DNA from: Eledone cirrhosa | Taxonomy: Eukaryota | Direction: 5' to 3' | Assembly: GCA_964016885.1 (NCBI GenBank) | Contig: OZ024744.1 | Location: forward strand, 94,240,001-94,304,000 | DNA length: 64,000 bases | Shown here: piece after piece, positions 39,864 through 55,646 of the stretch | How positions within the stretch are numbered: the stretch's first letter is position 1 | How the letters are laid out: each line of letters starts with the position of its first letter | The notes under the pieces: model-generated | Databases searched by the model: none | The model's input: only the letters and a program-made list of their open reading frames with translations | Told to the model about the DNA's origin: nothing | Made by a program: the position numbers and the translations under genes

Positions 39864-41615
39864 ACGAAGCCAGAGGAGTTCTTTGATGCCACAACACTAC
39901 ATCAAGAAATGGCAACCATCAACCACATAGACATAACGGAGGAGGATGTGGTGTACGCCATTGATGAAATTAGAACAGACTCGGCTGCTGGACCTGATGG
40001 ATTCCCAGCAGTTCTCCTAAAAATATGTAAGCGTGCCTTAGCAACTCCACTGAAGATGCTCTTCAGAAGCTCCTTGGCTAGCGGTGTACTACCCAGGGAG
40101 CTGAAAGAAGGCACAATATGCCCTATCCATAAAGGAGGTAGTAGAGCGGAGGCCAAGAACTATAGGCCAGTCTCCCTGACGTCGCATATCAGTAAGGTCA
40201 TGGAGCGAGTCGTCAGAAAGAAACTAATCACTTTCCTCGAAGAAAATGACCGCCTGACTAGCACGCAACATGGCTTCCGCCCAGGAAGAAGCTGCCTTAC
40301 ACAGCTGCTACATCACTACGACTGGGTACTGAGACAACTACTAGACAGCTCACATGTGGACGTGATATATCTTGACTTTGCGAAGGCCTTTGACAAGGTC
40401 GACCACGGAATGATATGTCACAAACTACACGGACTCGGCATAACTGGAAAAGTAGGTGAGTGGCTGCATGGCTTCCTAAGGGACAGAAGCCAGGCAGTCG
40501 CAGCAAATGGGGCCCTCTCAAAGGAAACACCAATAACAAGTGGAGTGCCCCAGGGGACAGTCCTGGGACCACTACTGTTTTTGGTGGCTCTCTCGGACAT
40601 GCCCTCTGTGGTGCATGCAACAACATCCCTCACTAGCTATGCTGATGACACTAAGGTAGCACAGGCAATCAAAAACCCGGCTGACGCTGCCCTTTTACAG
40701 CAGGATCTGGATGCCATATACAGATGGGCGGAAGAAAACAACATGCAGTTTAATGCTGGCAAATTCCAAGCCCTACAATACAAACTGCAAACACAAATAT
40801 AGCGGAACACAGCTACACAGGACCAGGAGGGACCGATATCCCCGTGTCAAAATCGATACGAGACCTGGGCATAGACATGAGCGATGATGCATCTTTTTCT
40901 TCACACATCATGAAGGTGGCGACAACATGTAGACGATTCGCTGGCTGGATCTTGAGGACTTTCCTTACAAGAGATCGAGACACCATGTTGACACTGTGGA
41001 GGACTTTTGTCCTAAGCCGCCTGGACTACTGCTCCAGCTGTGGTCACCCCATAGTGTCAAACTAACCACAGAGCTTGAGGCAATCCAGCGAAGCTACACC
41101 AAGAGGATTGCCAAGATGAGGGTGACAAGCTACTGGGAGAGGCTGAAGGAACTGAACCTCTACTCGTTGGAGCGAAGATGGGAGAGATACGCAGTGATCT
41201 ACATGTGGAAAATCCTGGAGGGACTAGCACCAAACTTTGGCATTGGGAGCTGGACCAACCGTCGAACAGGACGTCACTGTTTGGTGCCAAAGGTCCCGTC
41301 TTCCACATTTAGAATAAGGAGCAGGTATTGCAATAGCATGGGATTCAAGGGCCCTCAACTCTTCAACAGGCTGCCGAGGCATCTGAGAGACTTGCATGAC
41401 GTGGAGGTGGATGTCTTTAAGAAACATCTCGACACCTTGTTATCCAGGATCCCGGATGAGCCCACAGCAAGACATGAGGGAAACCTAAGGGCAGCAGCAA
41501 CAAACTCCCTCCTACACCAGTGGCCAACCTATACAGGCTGGAGATAAAATGTGTAGCAACAAGGACGGTGCCCCAGCATGGCCTCAGCCGGATGGCTGAA
41601 ACGGGTAAAAGAGAA
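39864..41615 (+). mobile_element. CR1-group LINE family E, 5'-truncated RT and 3' end, two frameshifts
   Basis: [50 protein letters not shown]; near-identical to the 47402-50213 copy; single-base deletions near 40785 and 41035. Confidence 0.95.
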
Positions 41616-41784
41616 TATGTGTATATGTATATATATGTGTATGTGTATATGTATATTATATGTGTATATATATGTGTATATATATATGTATATATATATG
41701 TATATATATGTATATATATATGTATATATATGTATATATATATATATGTATATATATGTATATATATAGGTATATATATATATA

Positions 41785-41941
41785 TTGCTATTACGTGGAC
41801 CAATCATTGCTATTACTTGGACCAATCATAAGCCAGAGCCCCCACGCATCACCAGTATTATTATTACGCGGACCAATCATAAGCCAGAGGCCTATACTAT
41901 CGCTTGCCTGGTTGCCTTTCGATATATGATGGATGGATGGA
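41785..41941. repeat. Unassigned island with three copies of TATTACNYGGACCAATCA
   Basis: Repeats at ~41790, ~41811 and ~41862; the last two continue TAAGCCAGAG. Confidence 0.6.
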
Positions 41942-41945
41942 TGTA

Positions 41946-41976
<31 letters not shown>

Positions 41977-42039
41977 ATATGTATATATGTATATATGTAT
42001 ATATATATATATATGTATATATGTATATATGTATATATG

Positions 42040-42074
<35 letters not shown>

Positions 42075-42089
42075 GTATATATATATATG

Positions 42090-42138
<49 letters not shown>

Positions 42139-42179
42139 GTATATATGTATGTATATATATATATATATGTATATATATG

Positions 42180-42228
<49 letters not shown>

Positions 42229-42247
42229 GTATATATATGTATATATG

Positions 42248-42294
<47 letters not shown>

Positions 42295-42297
42295 GTG

Positions 42298-42344
<47 letters not shown>

Positions 42345-42441
42345 GTATGTATATATATATGTATATATATATATATGTATGTATATATATATGTATGTAT
42401 ATATATATGTATGTATATATATATGTATGTATATATATATG

Positions 42442-42472
<31 letters not shown>

Positions 42473-42473
42473 G

Positions 42474-42544
<71 letters not shown>

Positions 42545-42549
42545 ATATG

Positions 42550-42674
<125 letters not shown>

Positions 42675-42675
42675 G

Positions 42676-42712
<37 letters not shown>

Positions 42713-42713
42713 G

Positions 42714-42744
<31 letters not shown>

Positions 42745-42790
42745 GTGTATATATATATGTATATATGTATATATATATGTATATATATAT

Positions 42791-42828
<38 letters not shown>

Positions 42829-42945
42829 ATATGTATATATATATGTATATATATATATATGTGTATATATATATGTATATATATATATGTGTATATATAT
42901 ATATATATGTATATATGTATATATATATGTATATATATATATGTG

Positions 42946-42978
<33 letters not shown>

Positions 42979-43089
42979 GTATATATATATATGTGTATAT
43001 ATATATATGTATATATGTATATATATATGTATATATATATATGTGTATATATGTATATATATATATGTGTATATATATATGTATATATA

Positions 43090-43120
<31 letters not shown>

Positions 43121-43123
43121 GTG

Positions 43124-43154
<31 letters not shown>

Positions 43155-43257
43155 GTGTATATATGTATATATATATATGTGTATATATATATGTATATAT
43201 ATATATGTGTATATATATATATATATATATGTGTATATATATATATATATATGTGTG

Positions 43258-43290
<33 letters not shown>

Positions 43291-43523
43291 GTATATATGT
43301 GTGTATATATATATATATGTATATATGTGTATATATATATATATATATGTGTATATATATATATATATGTGTATATATGTGTATATATATATATATATAT
43401 GTGTATATATATATATATATGTATATATGTGTGTATATATATATAAATATGTATATATATATATATGTATATATGTGTGTATATATATATATATGTATAT
43501 GTGTGTATATATATATATATGTA

Positions 43524-43624
<101 letters not shown>

Positions 43625-43639
43625 ATATATATATATATA

Positions 43640-43728
<89 letters not shown>

Positions 43729-43885
43729 GTGTATAGATATATATATATATGTGTATATATATATATATGTGTGTATATATATATATATATGTGTATATAT
43801 ATATGTGTATATATATATATATGTGTATATATATATATATGTGTGTATATATATATATATATGTGTATATATATATATATGTGTG

Positions 43886-43916
<31 letters not shown>

Positions 43917-45060
43917 GTGCCCATCACCGACCAGGAAAGAAAAATCATCCTCCACGCCAGGAAGACAGTCTTACTCTTTGACGACTCTAAATGGATAAAA
44001 AGAGCTCCCGACTCACCCTTCGACGTCAGCATGGGCGCCACGGATTCGGCGGAGGTCACTGATCTTATAGGATTATTCCTAATAGCCAAACTCACTGATA
44101 TGTTTCCTGCATTCGGTGGTGGATTGTACCGTGATGATGGGCTCCTTACCCTTAAAGGGTACAACCCCAGTAGTACAGATCGGGTCCGGAAACAATTAAT
44201 CAGATTCTTCCGCGACTGGGGATTTAAAATAACCCTACAAACGTCCCTGACCCGAGTAAACTTTCTGGACGTAACCCTCGACCTCGAAAACGACCTGTAC
44301 TATCCATACAGGAAACCTAATGACAATCTGCACTACATCCACCGCCGATCAAACCATCCTAGGAACATCACAAACAACCTGGTCAAAAACATCTCCCTCC
44401 GCATATCCCGTTTGTCAGCTAATGAGCGGATATTCGATGAACATGCGCCTTATTACAACCAGGCCCTCAAGCGGAGTGGTTTCCGGGAGGAAATATCCTA
44501 CTGTCCAGCTCCCATTAGCGGAACCAGCAGGAGACACCGCCGCTCACGCAATGTAACATGGTTCAATCCTCCCCACAACGCAGAGGTGACTACTCCCATC
44601 GGGAAACTATTCTTTAGGCTCATTGAAAAACACTTCCCATTACAACACCGCTACCACAACATAATTAACAAAAATACCATCAAACTCTCTTACAGCACTA
44701 CACCAAACTTCGCACAAAACATCGTCTCCTCTAACAACAAAAAACTCAACCCCGATGGCAGAAATAACCTAATTAGCAGTGGAGAACCGACCCAACCAAA
44801 ATGGCGTAGGATAGAAGAAAGGAAAGGCACAGAAACGAAGAAAGAAATCCCCAGTCACTGAAGAGGTCACAGAGTGTGTGACGAAAGAACTATGACTATA
44901 TATATATATATATAAACAACTATCTGGTTGTGGAACCAACCAACCAACCAGAAATTTATAAATTTGTAAATTTATAAATATATATTAAATTAAATTGAAG
45001 TGAAAGCAACTGGTGCGTGTGTTTCTTATTGGCAGCATGACCCTCCCAAAGTATAACAAT
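43917..45060 (+). mobile_element. Penelope-like element (Naiad-type RT), 5'-truncated, with hammerhead, short TA tract and tail
   Basis: [45 protein letters not shown] and IKLSYS are characteristic PLE RT/thumb motifs; stop at 44859-44861. Confidence 0.9.
44853..44897 (+). ncRNA. Minimal type I hammerhead ribozyme (PLE-associated)
   Basis: AGTCA-CTGAAGA-G-GTCAC-agagtgt-GTGAC-GAAA-G-aa-CTA-TGACT: stem I, core, stem II, short stem III and a CUA cleavage triplet. Confidence 0.75.
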
Positions 45061-45063
45061 ATG

Positions 45064-45094
<31 letters not shown>

Positions 45095-45105
45095 GTATAT
45101 GTATG

Positions 45106-45172
<67 letters not shown>

Positions 45173-45265
45173 GTATGTATATATATATGTATATATATAT
45201 ATATATGTATATGTATGTATATATGTATATATATGTATATATGTATGTATATATGTATATATATG

Positions 45266-45347
<82 letters not shown>

Positions 45348-45455
45348 TAATGTATATATATATATATATATATACATATATAATGTATATATATATATAT
45401 ATATACATATATAATGTATATATATATATATGTATATATATGTATATATATGTAT

Positions 45456-45487
<32 letters not shown>

Positions 45488-45844
45488 GTATATATATGTA
45501 TATATATGTATATATATGTATATGTATATATATGTATATATATATATGTATATATATGTATATATATGTATATATATGTATATATATGTATATATATATA
45601 TGTATATATATGTATATATATGTATATATATATGTATATATATGTATATATATGTATATATATGTATATATATGTATATATATGTATATATATATATATG
45701 TATATATATGTATATATATGTATATATATATATATGTATATATATGTATATATATGTATATATATATATATGTATATATATGTATATATATATATATGTA
45801 TATATATGTATATATATATATATGTATATATATGTATATATATG

Positions 45845-45877
<33 letters not shown>

Positions 45878-46262
45878 GTATATATATGTATATATATGTA
45901 TATATATATATATATGTATATATATGTATATATATATATATATGTATATATATGTATATATATGTATATATATATATATATATGTATATATATGTATATA
46001 TATGTATATATATGTATATATATATATATATGTATATATATGTATATATATGTATATATATATATATATGTATATATATGTATATATATGTATATATATG
46101 TATATATATGCATATATATGCATATATATGTATATATATGTATATATATGTATATATATGTATATATATACATATATGTACATATATGTATATATATGTA
46201 TATATATGTATATATATATATATATATGTATATATATGTATATATATCTATATATATGTATA

Positions 46263-46316
<54 letters not shown>

Positions 46317-46317
46317 C

Positions 46318-46491
<174 letters not shown>

Positions 46492-46492
46492 G

Positions 46493-46564
<72 letters not shown>

Positions 46565-47401
46565 TATGTATATATATATATATATATATACATATATATG
46601 TATATACATATATATGTATATATATATATATATATATACATATATATGTATATATATATATATATATACATATATATGTATATATATATATATATATACA
46701 TATATATGTATATATATATATATATATATACATATATATGTATATATATATAATATATATATACATATATATGTATATATATATATATATATACATATAT
46801 ATGTATATATATATGTATATATATATGTATATATATATGTATATATATATGTATATATATATGTATATATATATGTATATATATATGTATATATATATGT
46901 ATATATATGTATATATATATGTATATATATATATATGTATATATATGTATATATATATGTATATATATATATATGTATATATATATGTATATATATATAT
47001 ATGTATATATATATGTATATATATATATATGTATATATATGTATATATATATGTATATATATATATATGTATATATATATGTATATATATATATATGTAT
47101 ATATATGTATATATATATGTATATATATATATATGTATATATATATGTATATATATATGTATATGTATATATGTATATATGTATATATATATGTATATAT
47201 ATATATATGTATATATATATGTATATATGTATATGTATATATATATGTATATATATATGTATATATGTATATATGTATATGTATATATATGTGTATATAT
47301 ATGTATATATATATGTATATATGTATATATATATGTATATATATATGTATATATATGTATATATATATGTATGTATATATATATATGTATATATATATGT
47401 A

Positions 47402-50213
47402 TACTCTTTTACTCTTTTACTCTTTTACCTGTTTCAGCCATCCGGCTGGGGCACCGCCCTTGTTGCTACGCATTTTATCTCCAGCCTGTATAGGTTGGCC
47501 ACTGGTGTAGGAGGGAGTTTGTTGCTGCTGCCCTTAGGTTTCCCTCGTGTCTTGCTGTGGGCTCATCCGGGATCCTGGATAACAAGGTGTCGAGATGTTT
47601 CTTAAAGACATCCACCTCCACGTCATGCAAGTCTCGCAGATGCCTCGGCAGCCTGTTGAAGAGTTGAAGGCCCTTGAATCCCAGGCTATTGCAATACCTG
47701 CTCCTTATTCTAGATGTGGAAGACGGGACCTTTGGCACCACACAGTGACGTCCTGTTCGACGGTTGGTCCTGCTCCCAATGCCAAAGTTTGGTGCTAGTC
47801 CCTCCAGGATTTTCCACATGTAGATCACTGCGTATCTCTCCCGTCTTCGCTCCAAGGAGTAGAGGTTCAGTTCCTTCAGCTTCTCCCAGTAGCTTGTCTC
47901 CCTCATCTTGGCAATCCTCTTGGTGTAGCTTCGCTGGATTGCCTCAAGCTCTGTGGTTAGTTTGACACTATGGGGTGACCACAGCTGGGAGCAGTAGTCC
48001 AGGCGGCTTAGGACAAAAGTCCTCCACAGTGTCAACATGGTGTCTCGATCTCTTGTAAGGAAAGTCCTCAAGATCCAGCCAGCGAATCGTCTACATGCTG
48101 TCGCCACCTTCATGATGTGTGAAGAAAAAGATGCATCATCGCTCATGTCTATGCCCAGGTCTCGTATCGATTTTGACACGGGGATATCGGTCCCTCCTGG
48201 TCCTGTGTAGCTGTGTTCCGCTATATTTGTGTTTGCAGGTTTGTATTGTAGGGCTTGGAATTTGCCAGCATTAAACTGCATGTTGTTTTCTTCCGCCCAT
48301 CTGTATATGGCATCCAGATCCTGCTGTAAGAGGGCAGCGTCAGCCGGGTTTTTGATTGCCTGTGCTACCTTAGTGTCATCAGCATAGCTAGTGAGGGATG
48401 TTGTTGCATGCACCACAGAGGGCATGTCCGAGAGAGCCACCAAAAACAGTAGTGGTCCCAGGACTGTCCCCTGAGGCACCCCACTTGTTATCGGTGTTTC
48501 CCTCGAGAGGGCCCCATTTGCTGCGACTGCCTGGCTTCTGTCCCTCAGGAAGCCATGCAGCCACTCACCTACTTTTCCAGTTATGCCGAGTCCGTGTAGT
48601 TTGTGACATATCATTCCGTGGTCGACCTTGTCAAAGGCCTTCGCAAAGTCAAGATATATCACGTCTACATGTGAGCTGTCTAGTAGCTGTCTCAGTACCC
48701 AGTCGTAGTGATGTAGCAGCTGTGTAAGGCAGCTTCTTCCTGGGCGGAAGCCATGTTGCGTGCTAGTCAGGCGGTCATTTTCTTCGAGGAAAGTGATTAG
48801 TTTCTTTCTGACGACTCGCTCCATGACCTTACTGATATGCGACGTCAGGGAGACTGGCCTATAGTTCTTGGCCTCCGCTCTACTACCTCCTTTATGGATA
48901 GGGCATATTGTGCCTTCTTTCAGCTCCCTGGGTAGTACACCGCTAGCCAAGGAGCTTCTGAAGAGCATCTTCAGTGGAGTTGCTAAGGCCCGCTTACATA
49001 TTTTTAGGAGAACTGCTGGGAATCCATCAGGTCCAGCAGCCGAGTCTGTTCTAATTTCATCAATGGCGTACACCACATCCTCCTCCGTTATGTCTATGTG
49101 GTTGATGGTTGCCATTTCTTGATGTAGTGTTGTGGCATCAAAGAACTCCTCTGGCTTCGTTATTTGCATGTGCCTCAGTGGACATGTGAAGACACTTTTG
49201 TACTGTTCGTTCAGTATTTCACATATCTCTTGGGGATTTTCGGTTAATGAACCGTCCGTGTGGAAGAGTGGTCCAATCTTGCAGTGTACTGAGGCAGTTT
49301 CTTTTGCAAATTTAAAGAAGGCCTTAGGGTTTGTTTTAATGTTTTCTATGGCCCTGTTCTCTTTCCTTGCCCTCTCATTCTCATGTGAAAGCTTGAGTGC
49401 AATCTCGGTGTCAAGTAGTGCACGTTTCAAATAGGATTCCTTCTTGTTTTGGTTTTGTTGACTATTCAACTGGTTTGAGAGTTTAGTTCTACGTCTCATA
49501 AGGATTTTCCTATCTCTGGGAATAAGATTTTTGTGTCTGTTTGCCTCTTTCTCCGGGACACACTTTTTGCATATGGTGTGTATCGTTGTCATGAAGTGTT
49601 GAAATTGTGTGTTAGTGTCTTGTGTGGCGATGTCTTCACTCCATGTTTGCTTCCGGATTTCACTCTTAATCTTCTTCCAGTCAGCCCCGTAGAAGTTAAG
49701 GCTGGATAGCGTCCCGGAGCTTCTTGGTGGTTTTGTCTCTGTTGGTTCTCTTGGACCACATATCATTAGCTCTACCAAGTTATGATCCGAGAGAATTGTT
49801 GGTGTCACCTTTACATTGTGGATGAGCACTTCGTTGTTTGTAAAACAGAGGTCCAGGACATTTTCACCTCTTGTTGGGAGGAGTATTGCTTGCTCCATGA
49901 ACAGCCTGTGTGTGAGGGCCAGCAGGGATTCCGTCTGTCTCTGTTCTATTGACGTCATTCCAGGGAGGAGGTGGCCCTCAGGCCATTTGACCTTTGGTAG
50001 GTTGAAGTCTCCCAGCAGTAGGATGTTGAGACCCTGGTCCAGTTTGTCAAGGACCTCTTCTATCCTACTTAGGCTATCCTCAAATTTACCCTCATGACTG
50101 GGGGCATCGGGCGGCCGATATGTGACACATATTACCGTCTGTAGTTGCTTCATATGTATTATCAGTGTGTCACAGACTGAGTTTGAATGTGTCAACAGTA
50201 CAATTGGTGTGAC
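47402..50213 (-). mobile_element. CR1-group LINE family E, 2.8-kb 5'-truncated copy with (GTAAAAGA)n tail
   Basis: Contains the 906-aa frame 47475-50195; tail is 3 x GTAAAAGA at ~47404-47428. Confidence 0.96.
47475..50195 (-). CDS. LINE ORF2: C-terminal half of APE endonuclease plus complete reverse transcriptase (N-terminally truncated)
   Basis: [20 protein letters not shown] and SDH (APE); all RT motifs; no stops over 906 codons. Confidence 0.9.
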   Translation of the reverse strand: MTHSNSVCDTLIIHMKQLQTVICVTYRPPDAPSHEGKFEDSLSRIEEVLDKLDQGLNILLLGDFNLPKVKWPEGHLLPGMTSIEQRQTESLLALTHRLFMEQAILLPTRGENVLDLCFTNNEVLIHNVKVTPTILSDHNLVELMICGPREPTETKPPRSSGTLSSLNFYGADWKKIKSEIRKQTWSEDIATQDTNTQFQHFMTTIHTICKKCVPEKEANRHKNLIPRDRKILMRRRTKLSNQLNSQQNQNKKESYLKRALLDTEIALKLSHENERARKENRAIENIKTNPKAFFKFAKETASVHCKIGPLFHTDGSLTENPQEICEILNEQYKSVFTCPLRHMQITKPEEFFDATTLHQEMATINHIDITEEDVVYAIDEIRTDSAAGPDGFPAVLLKICKRALATPLKMLFRSSLASGVLPRELKEGTICPIHKGGSRAEAKNYRPVSLTSHISKVMERVVRKKLITFLEENDRLTSTQHGFRPGRSCLTQLLHHYDWVLRQLLDSSHVDVIYLDFAKAFDKVDHGMICHKLHGLGITGKVGEWLHGFLRDRSQAVAANGALSRETPITSGVPQGTVLGPLLFLVALSDMPSVVHATTSLTSYADDTKVAQAIKNPADAALLQQDLDAIYRWAEENNMQFNAGKFQALQYKPANTNIAEHSYTGPGGTDIPVSKSIRDLGIDMSDDASFSSHIMKVATACRRFAGWILRTFLTRDRDTMLTLWRTFVLSRLDYCSQLWSPHSVKLTTELEAIQRSYTKRIAKMRETSYWEKLKELNLYSLERRRERYAVIYMWKILEGLAPNFGIGSRTNRRTGRHCVVPKVPSSTSRIRSRYCNSLGFKGLQLFNRLPRHLRDLHDVEVDVFKKHLDTLLSRIPDEPTARHEGNLRAAATNSLLHQWPTYTGWR

Positions 50214-50404
50214 ATATATATATGTATATATATGTATATATATATATATAAATATGTATATATATATGTATATATATATATGTATATATATATATATGTA
50301 TATATAAATATGTATATATATATGTATATATATATATGTATATATAAATATGTATATATATATGTATATATAAATATGTATATATATATGTATATATATA
50401 TATG

Positions 50405-50459
<55 letters not shown>

Positions 50460-50856
50460 GTATATATATATATGTATATATATATATGTATATATATATA
50501 TGTATATATATATATGTATATATATATATGTATATATATATATGTATATATATATATGTATATATATATATGTATATATATATATGTATATATATATATA
50601 TGTATATATATGTATATATATATATATGTATATATATATGTGTATATATATATATGTGTATATATATATATGTATATATATATATGTATATATATATATG
50701 TATATATGTATATATATGTATATATATATGTATATATATGTATATGTATATATTTATGTATATGTATATATATGTATATATGTATGTATATATATATATG
50801 TATATATGTATATATATGTATATATATGTGTATATATGTATATATATATGTATATA

Positions 50857-50997
50857 GGAACCAGTAAGACCCCGACAGCTGAGCTCAAGCCGTTTCGACG
50901 GCTAATTCTGGCTCCTATTACCCACTCTACTACCTCAAGTATTGAGTACTTTGGTGCGTTATGGTCCACCTGGTTCCTTACCACATTTCCTTCGTTA
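50857..50997. other. Unassigned structured island
   Basis: Outer stem AGGAACCAG/CTGGTTCCT enclosing hairpins AGCCGT-TTCG-ACGGCT and CTCAA-GTA-TTGAG. Confidence 0.5.
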
Positions 50998-51003
50998 TAT
51001 ATG

Positions 51004-51036
<33 letters not shown>

Positions 51037-51067
51037 GTATATATATGTATATATATGTATATATATG

Positions 51068-51116
<49 letters not shown>

Positions 51117-51247
51117 ATGTATATATATATATATGTATATATATATATGTATATATATATATGTATATATATATATGTATATATATATGTATGTATATAT
51201 ATATATATGTATATATATATGTATATATATATATGTATATATATATG

Positions 51248-51278
<31 letters not shown>

Positions 51279-51279
51279 G

Positions 51280-51383
<104 letters not shown>

Positions 51384-51771
51384 AATATGTATATATATAT
51401 GTATATATATATATGTATATATAAATATGTATATATATATGTATATATAAATATGTATATATATATATATATGTATATATATATGTATATATATATGTAT
51501 ATATATATATGTATATATATATGTATATATATATGTATATATATATGTATATATATATGTATATATATATGTATATATATATGTATATATATATGTATAT
51601 ATATATGTATATATATATGTATATATATATGTATATATATATGTATATATATATGTATATATATATGTATATATATATGTATATATATATGTATATATAT
51701 ATGTATATATATATGTATATATATATGTATATGTATATGTATATGTATATATATATGTATATATATATGTG

Positions 51772-51806
<35 letters not shown>

Positions 51807-51866
51807 GTATATATATATATGTATATATATATATGTATATATATATGTATATATATATATATGTAC

Positions 51867-51898
<32 letters not shown>

Positions 51899-52169
51899 GT
51901 ATATATATATGTATATATATATGTATATATATATGTATATATATATGTATATATATATGTATATATATATGTATATATATATGTATATATATATGTATAT
52001 ATATATGTATATATATATGTATATATATATGTATATATATATGTATATGTATATGTATATATGTATATGTATATATATATGTATATGTATATATGTATAT
52101 GTATATATGTATATGTATATATATATGTATATATATATGTATATGTATATATATATGTATGTATATATG

Positions 52170-52200
<31 letters not shown>

Positions 52201-53509
52201 GTATATATGTATATATATATATATGTATATATATATGTATATATATATGTATATATATATGTATATATATATGTATATATATATATGTATATATATATAT
52301 GTATATATATATATGTATATATATATATGTATATATATATATGTATATATATATGTATATATATATATGTATATATATGTGTATATATATATATGTATAT
52401 ATATATGTATATGTATATGTATATATGTATATGTATATGTATATATATATGTATATATATATATATGTATATGTATATATGTATATGTATATGTATATAT
52501 ATATGTATATATATATACATATATATATGTATATATATATGTATATATATATGTATATATATATGTATATATATATGTATATGTATATGTATATATATAT
52601 ATGTATATGTATATGTATATATATATATGTATATATATATGTATATATATATATGTATATATATATGTATATATATATATGTATATATATATATGTATAT
52701 ATATATGTATATATATATGTATATATATATGTATATATATATGTATATATATATGTATATATATATGTATATATATATGTATATATATATGTATATATAT
52801 ATGTATATATATATGTATATATATATGTATATATATATGTATATATATATGTATATATATATGTATATGTATATATATATGTATATATATATGTATATGT
52901 ATATATATATGTATATGTATATATATGTATATATATATGTATATATATATGTATATGTATATATATATATGTATATGTATATGTATATATATATATGTAT
53001 ATTATATGTATATATATATGTATATTATATGTATATATATATGTATATTATATGTATATATATATGTATATTATGTATATATATATATATGTATATTATA
53101 TGTATATATATATATGTATATTATATGTATATATATGTATGTATATTATATGTATATATATATATGTATATTATATGTATATATATATGTATATTATATG
53201 TATATATATATATGTATATTATATGTATATATATATGTATATTATATGTATATATATATATGTATATTATATGTATATATAAATATGTATATTATATGTA
53301 TATATATATATGTATATTATATGTATATATATGTATATTATATGTATATATATTATATGTATATATATATATGTATATTATATTATATATATATATGTAT
53401 ATTATATGTATATATATATATGTATATTATATGTATATATATATATGTATATTATATGTATATATATATGTATATTATATATATGTGTCTGTATATACAA
53501 AAATATATA

Positions 53510-53729
53510 TCATCATCATCATCATCATCGTTTAACGTCCCTGTTCCACGCTTGCATGGGTTTGGACGGGGGTTTTCCCACTTGAGGCAAGAGTGGTAGT
53601 CTTGCTCGCATAGGACTGTCTGGCGGGTTTTCTACAGCTGGATGCCCTTCCTAACACCAACCACATTTACAGTGTGGGGCTGGGAGGTTTTTACCGTGTT
53701 GCCTACACGGCCACATTACAGCGTGGACT
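53510..53729 (-). mobile_element. RTE family A 3' end
   Basis: Matches 26583-26783 and 24178-24402; (CAT)n on the plus strand. Confidence 0.9.
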
Positions 53730-53787
53730 ATATATGTATATATATATTATATATATCTATATATATAGAGAGATTTATATATATATA

Positions 53788-54183
53788 TCATCATCATCAC
53801 CGTTTTACGTCCGTTCTTCCATGCTAGCATGAGTTAGACAGGTTGTCCTGTTGTGGGCAGTGTCTGGTCGGCTGACCATGCTTTGCTCATACAGGAACTG
53901 ATTTTGGCTTGATTTCTACAGCTGGATGCCCTTCCTAACACCAACCTCATTTACAGTGAGTGCTGGGTGCCTTTTCGTGGCGCCTACACGTCCACTTTAC
54001 AGTGTGGGCTGGGTGCTTTTTTGCTGTGGCACCTCCACGACCATCTTGCAGTGGGAGGGTGTGGGGGCATATTGTCTATATGCTTCAGCTTGTACCCATG
54101 GGGGGTCGGGTACTCTGTATTACTGCGTGACACCAGAGCTCACGTTTGTTTAAGAGGTGTAATTGGGTAAGGTCGGCTTTTAT
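53788..54183 (-). mobile_element. RTE family B 3' end
   Basis: Matches 25106-25509 with scattered changes and a short deletion. Confidence 0.9.
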
Positions 54184-54831
54184 TGTATATATATATATAT
54201 ATTTGTATATATATATATGTATATATATATTTGTATATATTTGTATATATATGTATGTATATATATATGTATATATATATATGTATATATATTTGTATGT
54301 ATATATATTTGTATGTATATATATATATGTATATGTATATATATTTGTATGTATATGTATATATATTTATATGTATATATATTTGTATGTATATGTATAT
54401 ATATTTGTATGTATATGTATATATATTTGTATGTATATGTATATATATGTATATGTATATATATGTATATGTATATATATTTGTATGTATATGTATATAT
54501 ATGTATATGTATATATATGTATATGTATATATATTTGTATATGCATGTATGTATGTATATATATGTATATTTGTATATATATGTATATTTGTATATATAT
54601 GTATATTTGTATATATATGTATATTTGTATATATATGTATATTTGTATATTATGTATATTTGTATATATATGTATATTTGTATATATATGTATATTTGTA
54701 TATATATATATATTTGTATATATATATATATTTGTATATATATATATATTTGTATATATATATATATATATTGTATATATATATATATATTTGTATATAT
54801 ATATATATTTGTATATATATATATATGTATA

Positions 54832-55225
54832 TAACTTTGAATAACTTTGAAATGTTTTGGCCAGTATTGGCCCAGGCCATGTCTAACTTAATAGCACCAC
54901 CTGGCGAAGTCTTTCAATTCAGGATTTGGGCACATGGCCCATTCGACAAGAGAATTACTGTTTGCGGAGACATATCCGGGTGTGGGTGGTTTGTCCGGGA
55001 TTACTTGGAGGAATTTGTCCAAAGACTTCTTGAATTTTGTGTGGTCAGTTTCTGTTTTGACGTGTCCTGGTGTGATGTTGAAGAGAGCAGGGCCGATTGA
55101 GGTGAAATAATTGTGCCGTATTGTTGTTATGAGTTGCGATTTAGATTTTTGAATGGGGCGGATAGCACGGGGCCCAAGCCTTGGGTGTATCTTGAAGGCG
55201 ATGCCAACATCATTTGGGCAGTGAT
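54832..55225 (-). mobile_element. CR1-group LINE family F, short 3' fragment
   Basis: Near-identical to 55647-56041 including the (TTCAAAGTTA)2 tail. Confidence 0.92.
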
Positions 55226-55422
55226 ATGTATATATATGTATATATATATATATGTATATATATGTATATATATATGTATATATATGTATATATATATGTA
55301 TATATATATGTATATATATATGTATATATATATGTATATATATATGTATATATATGTATATATATGTATATATATATGTATATATATGTATATATATATG
55401 TATATATATATGTATATATATG

Positions 55423-55453
<31 letters not shown>

Positions 55454-55548
55454 GTATATATATATGTATATATATATGTATATATATATGTATATATGTG
55501 TGTATGTATATATGTGTGTATATATATATGTGTGTATATATATATGTG

Positions 55549-55611
<63 letters not shown>

Positions 55612-55646
55612 GTATATATATATATCTGTATATATATATATATGTA

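Noticed and set aside
44859-44915. Selenocysteine read-through of the PLE TGA (some Naiads encode Sec)
   Set aside because: Read-through gives only RGHRVCDERTMTIYIYI* with no Cys-linker or GIY-YIG context.
47595-50097. Plus-strand ORFs overlapping LINE E (and similar ones over A and F)
   Set aside because: Antisense shadows of RT coding sequence with no motifs.
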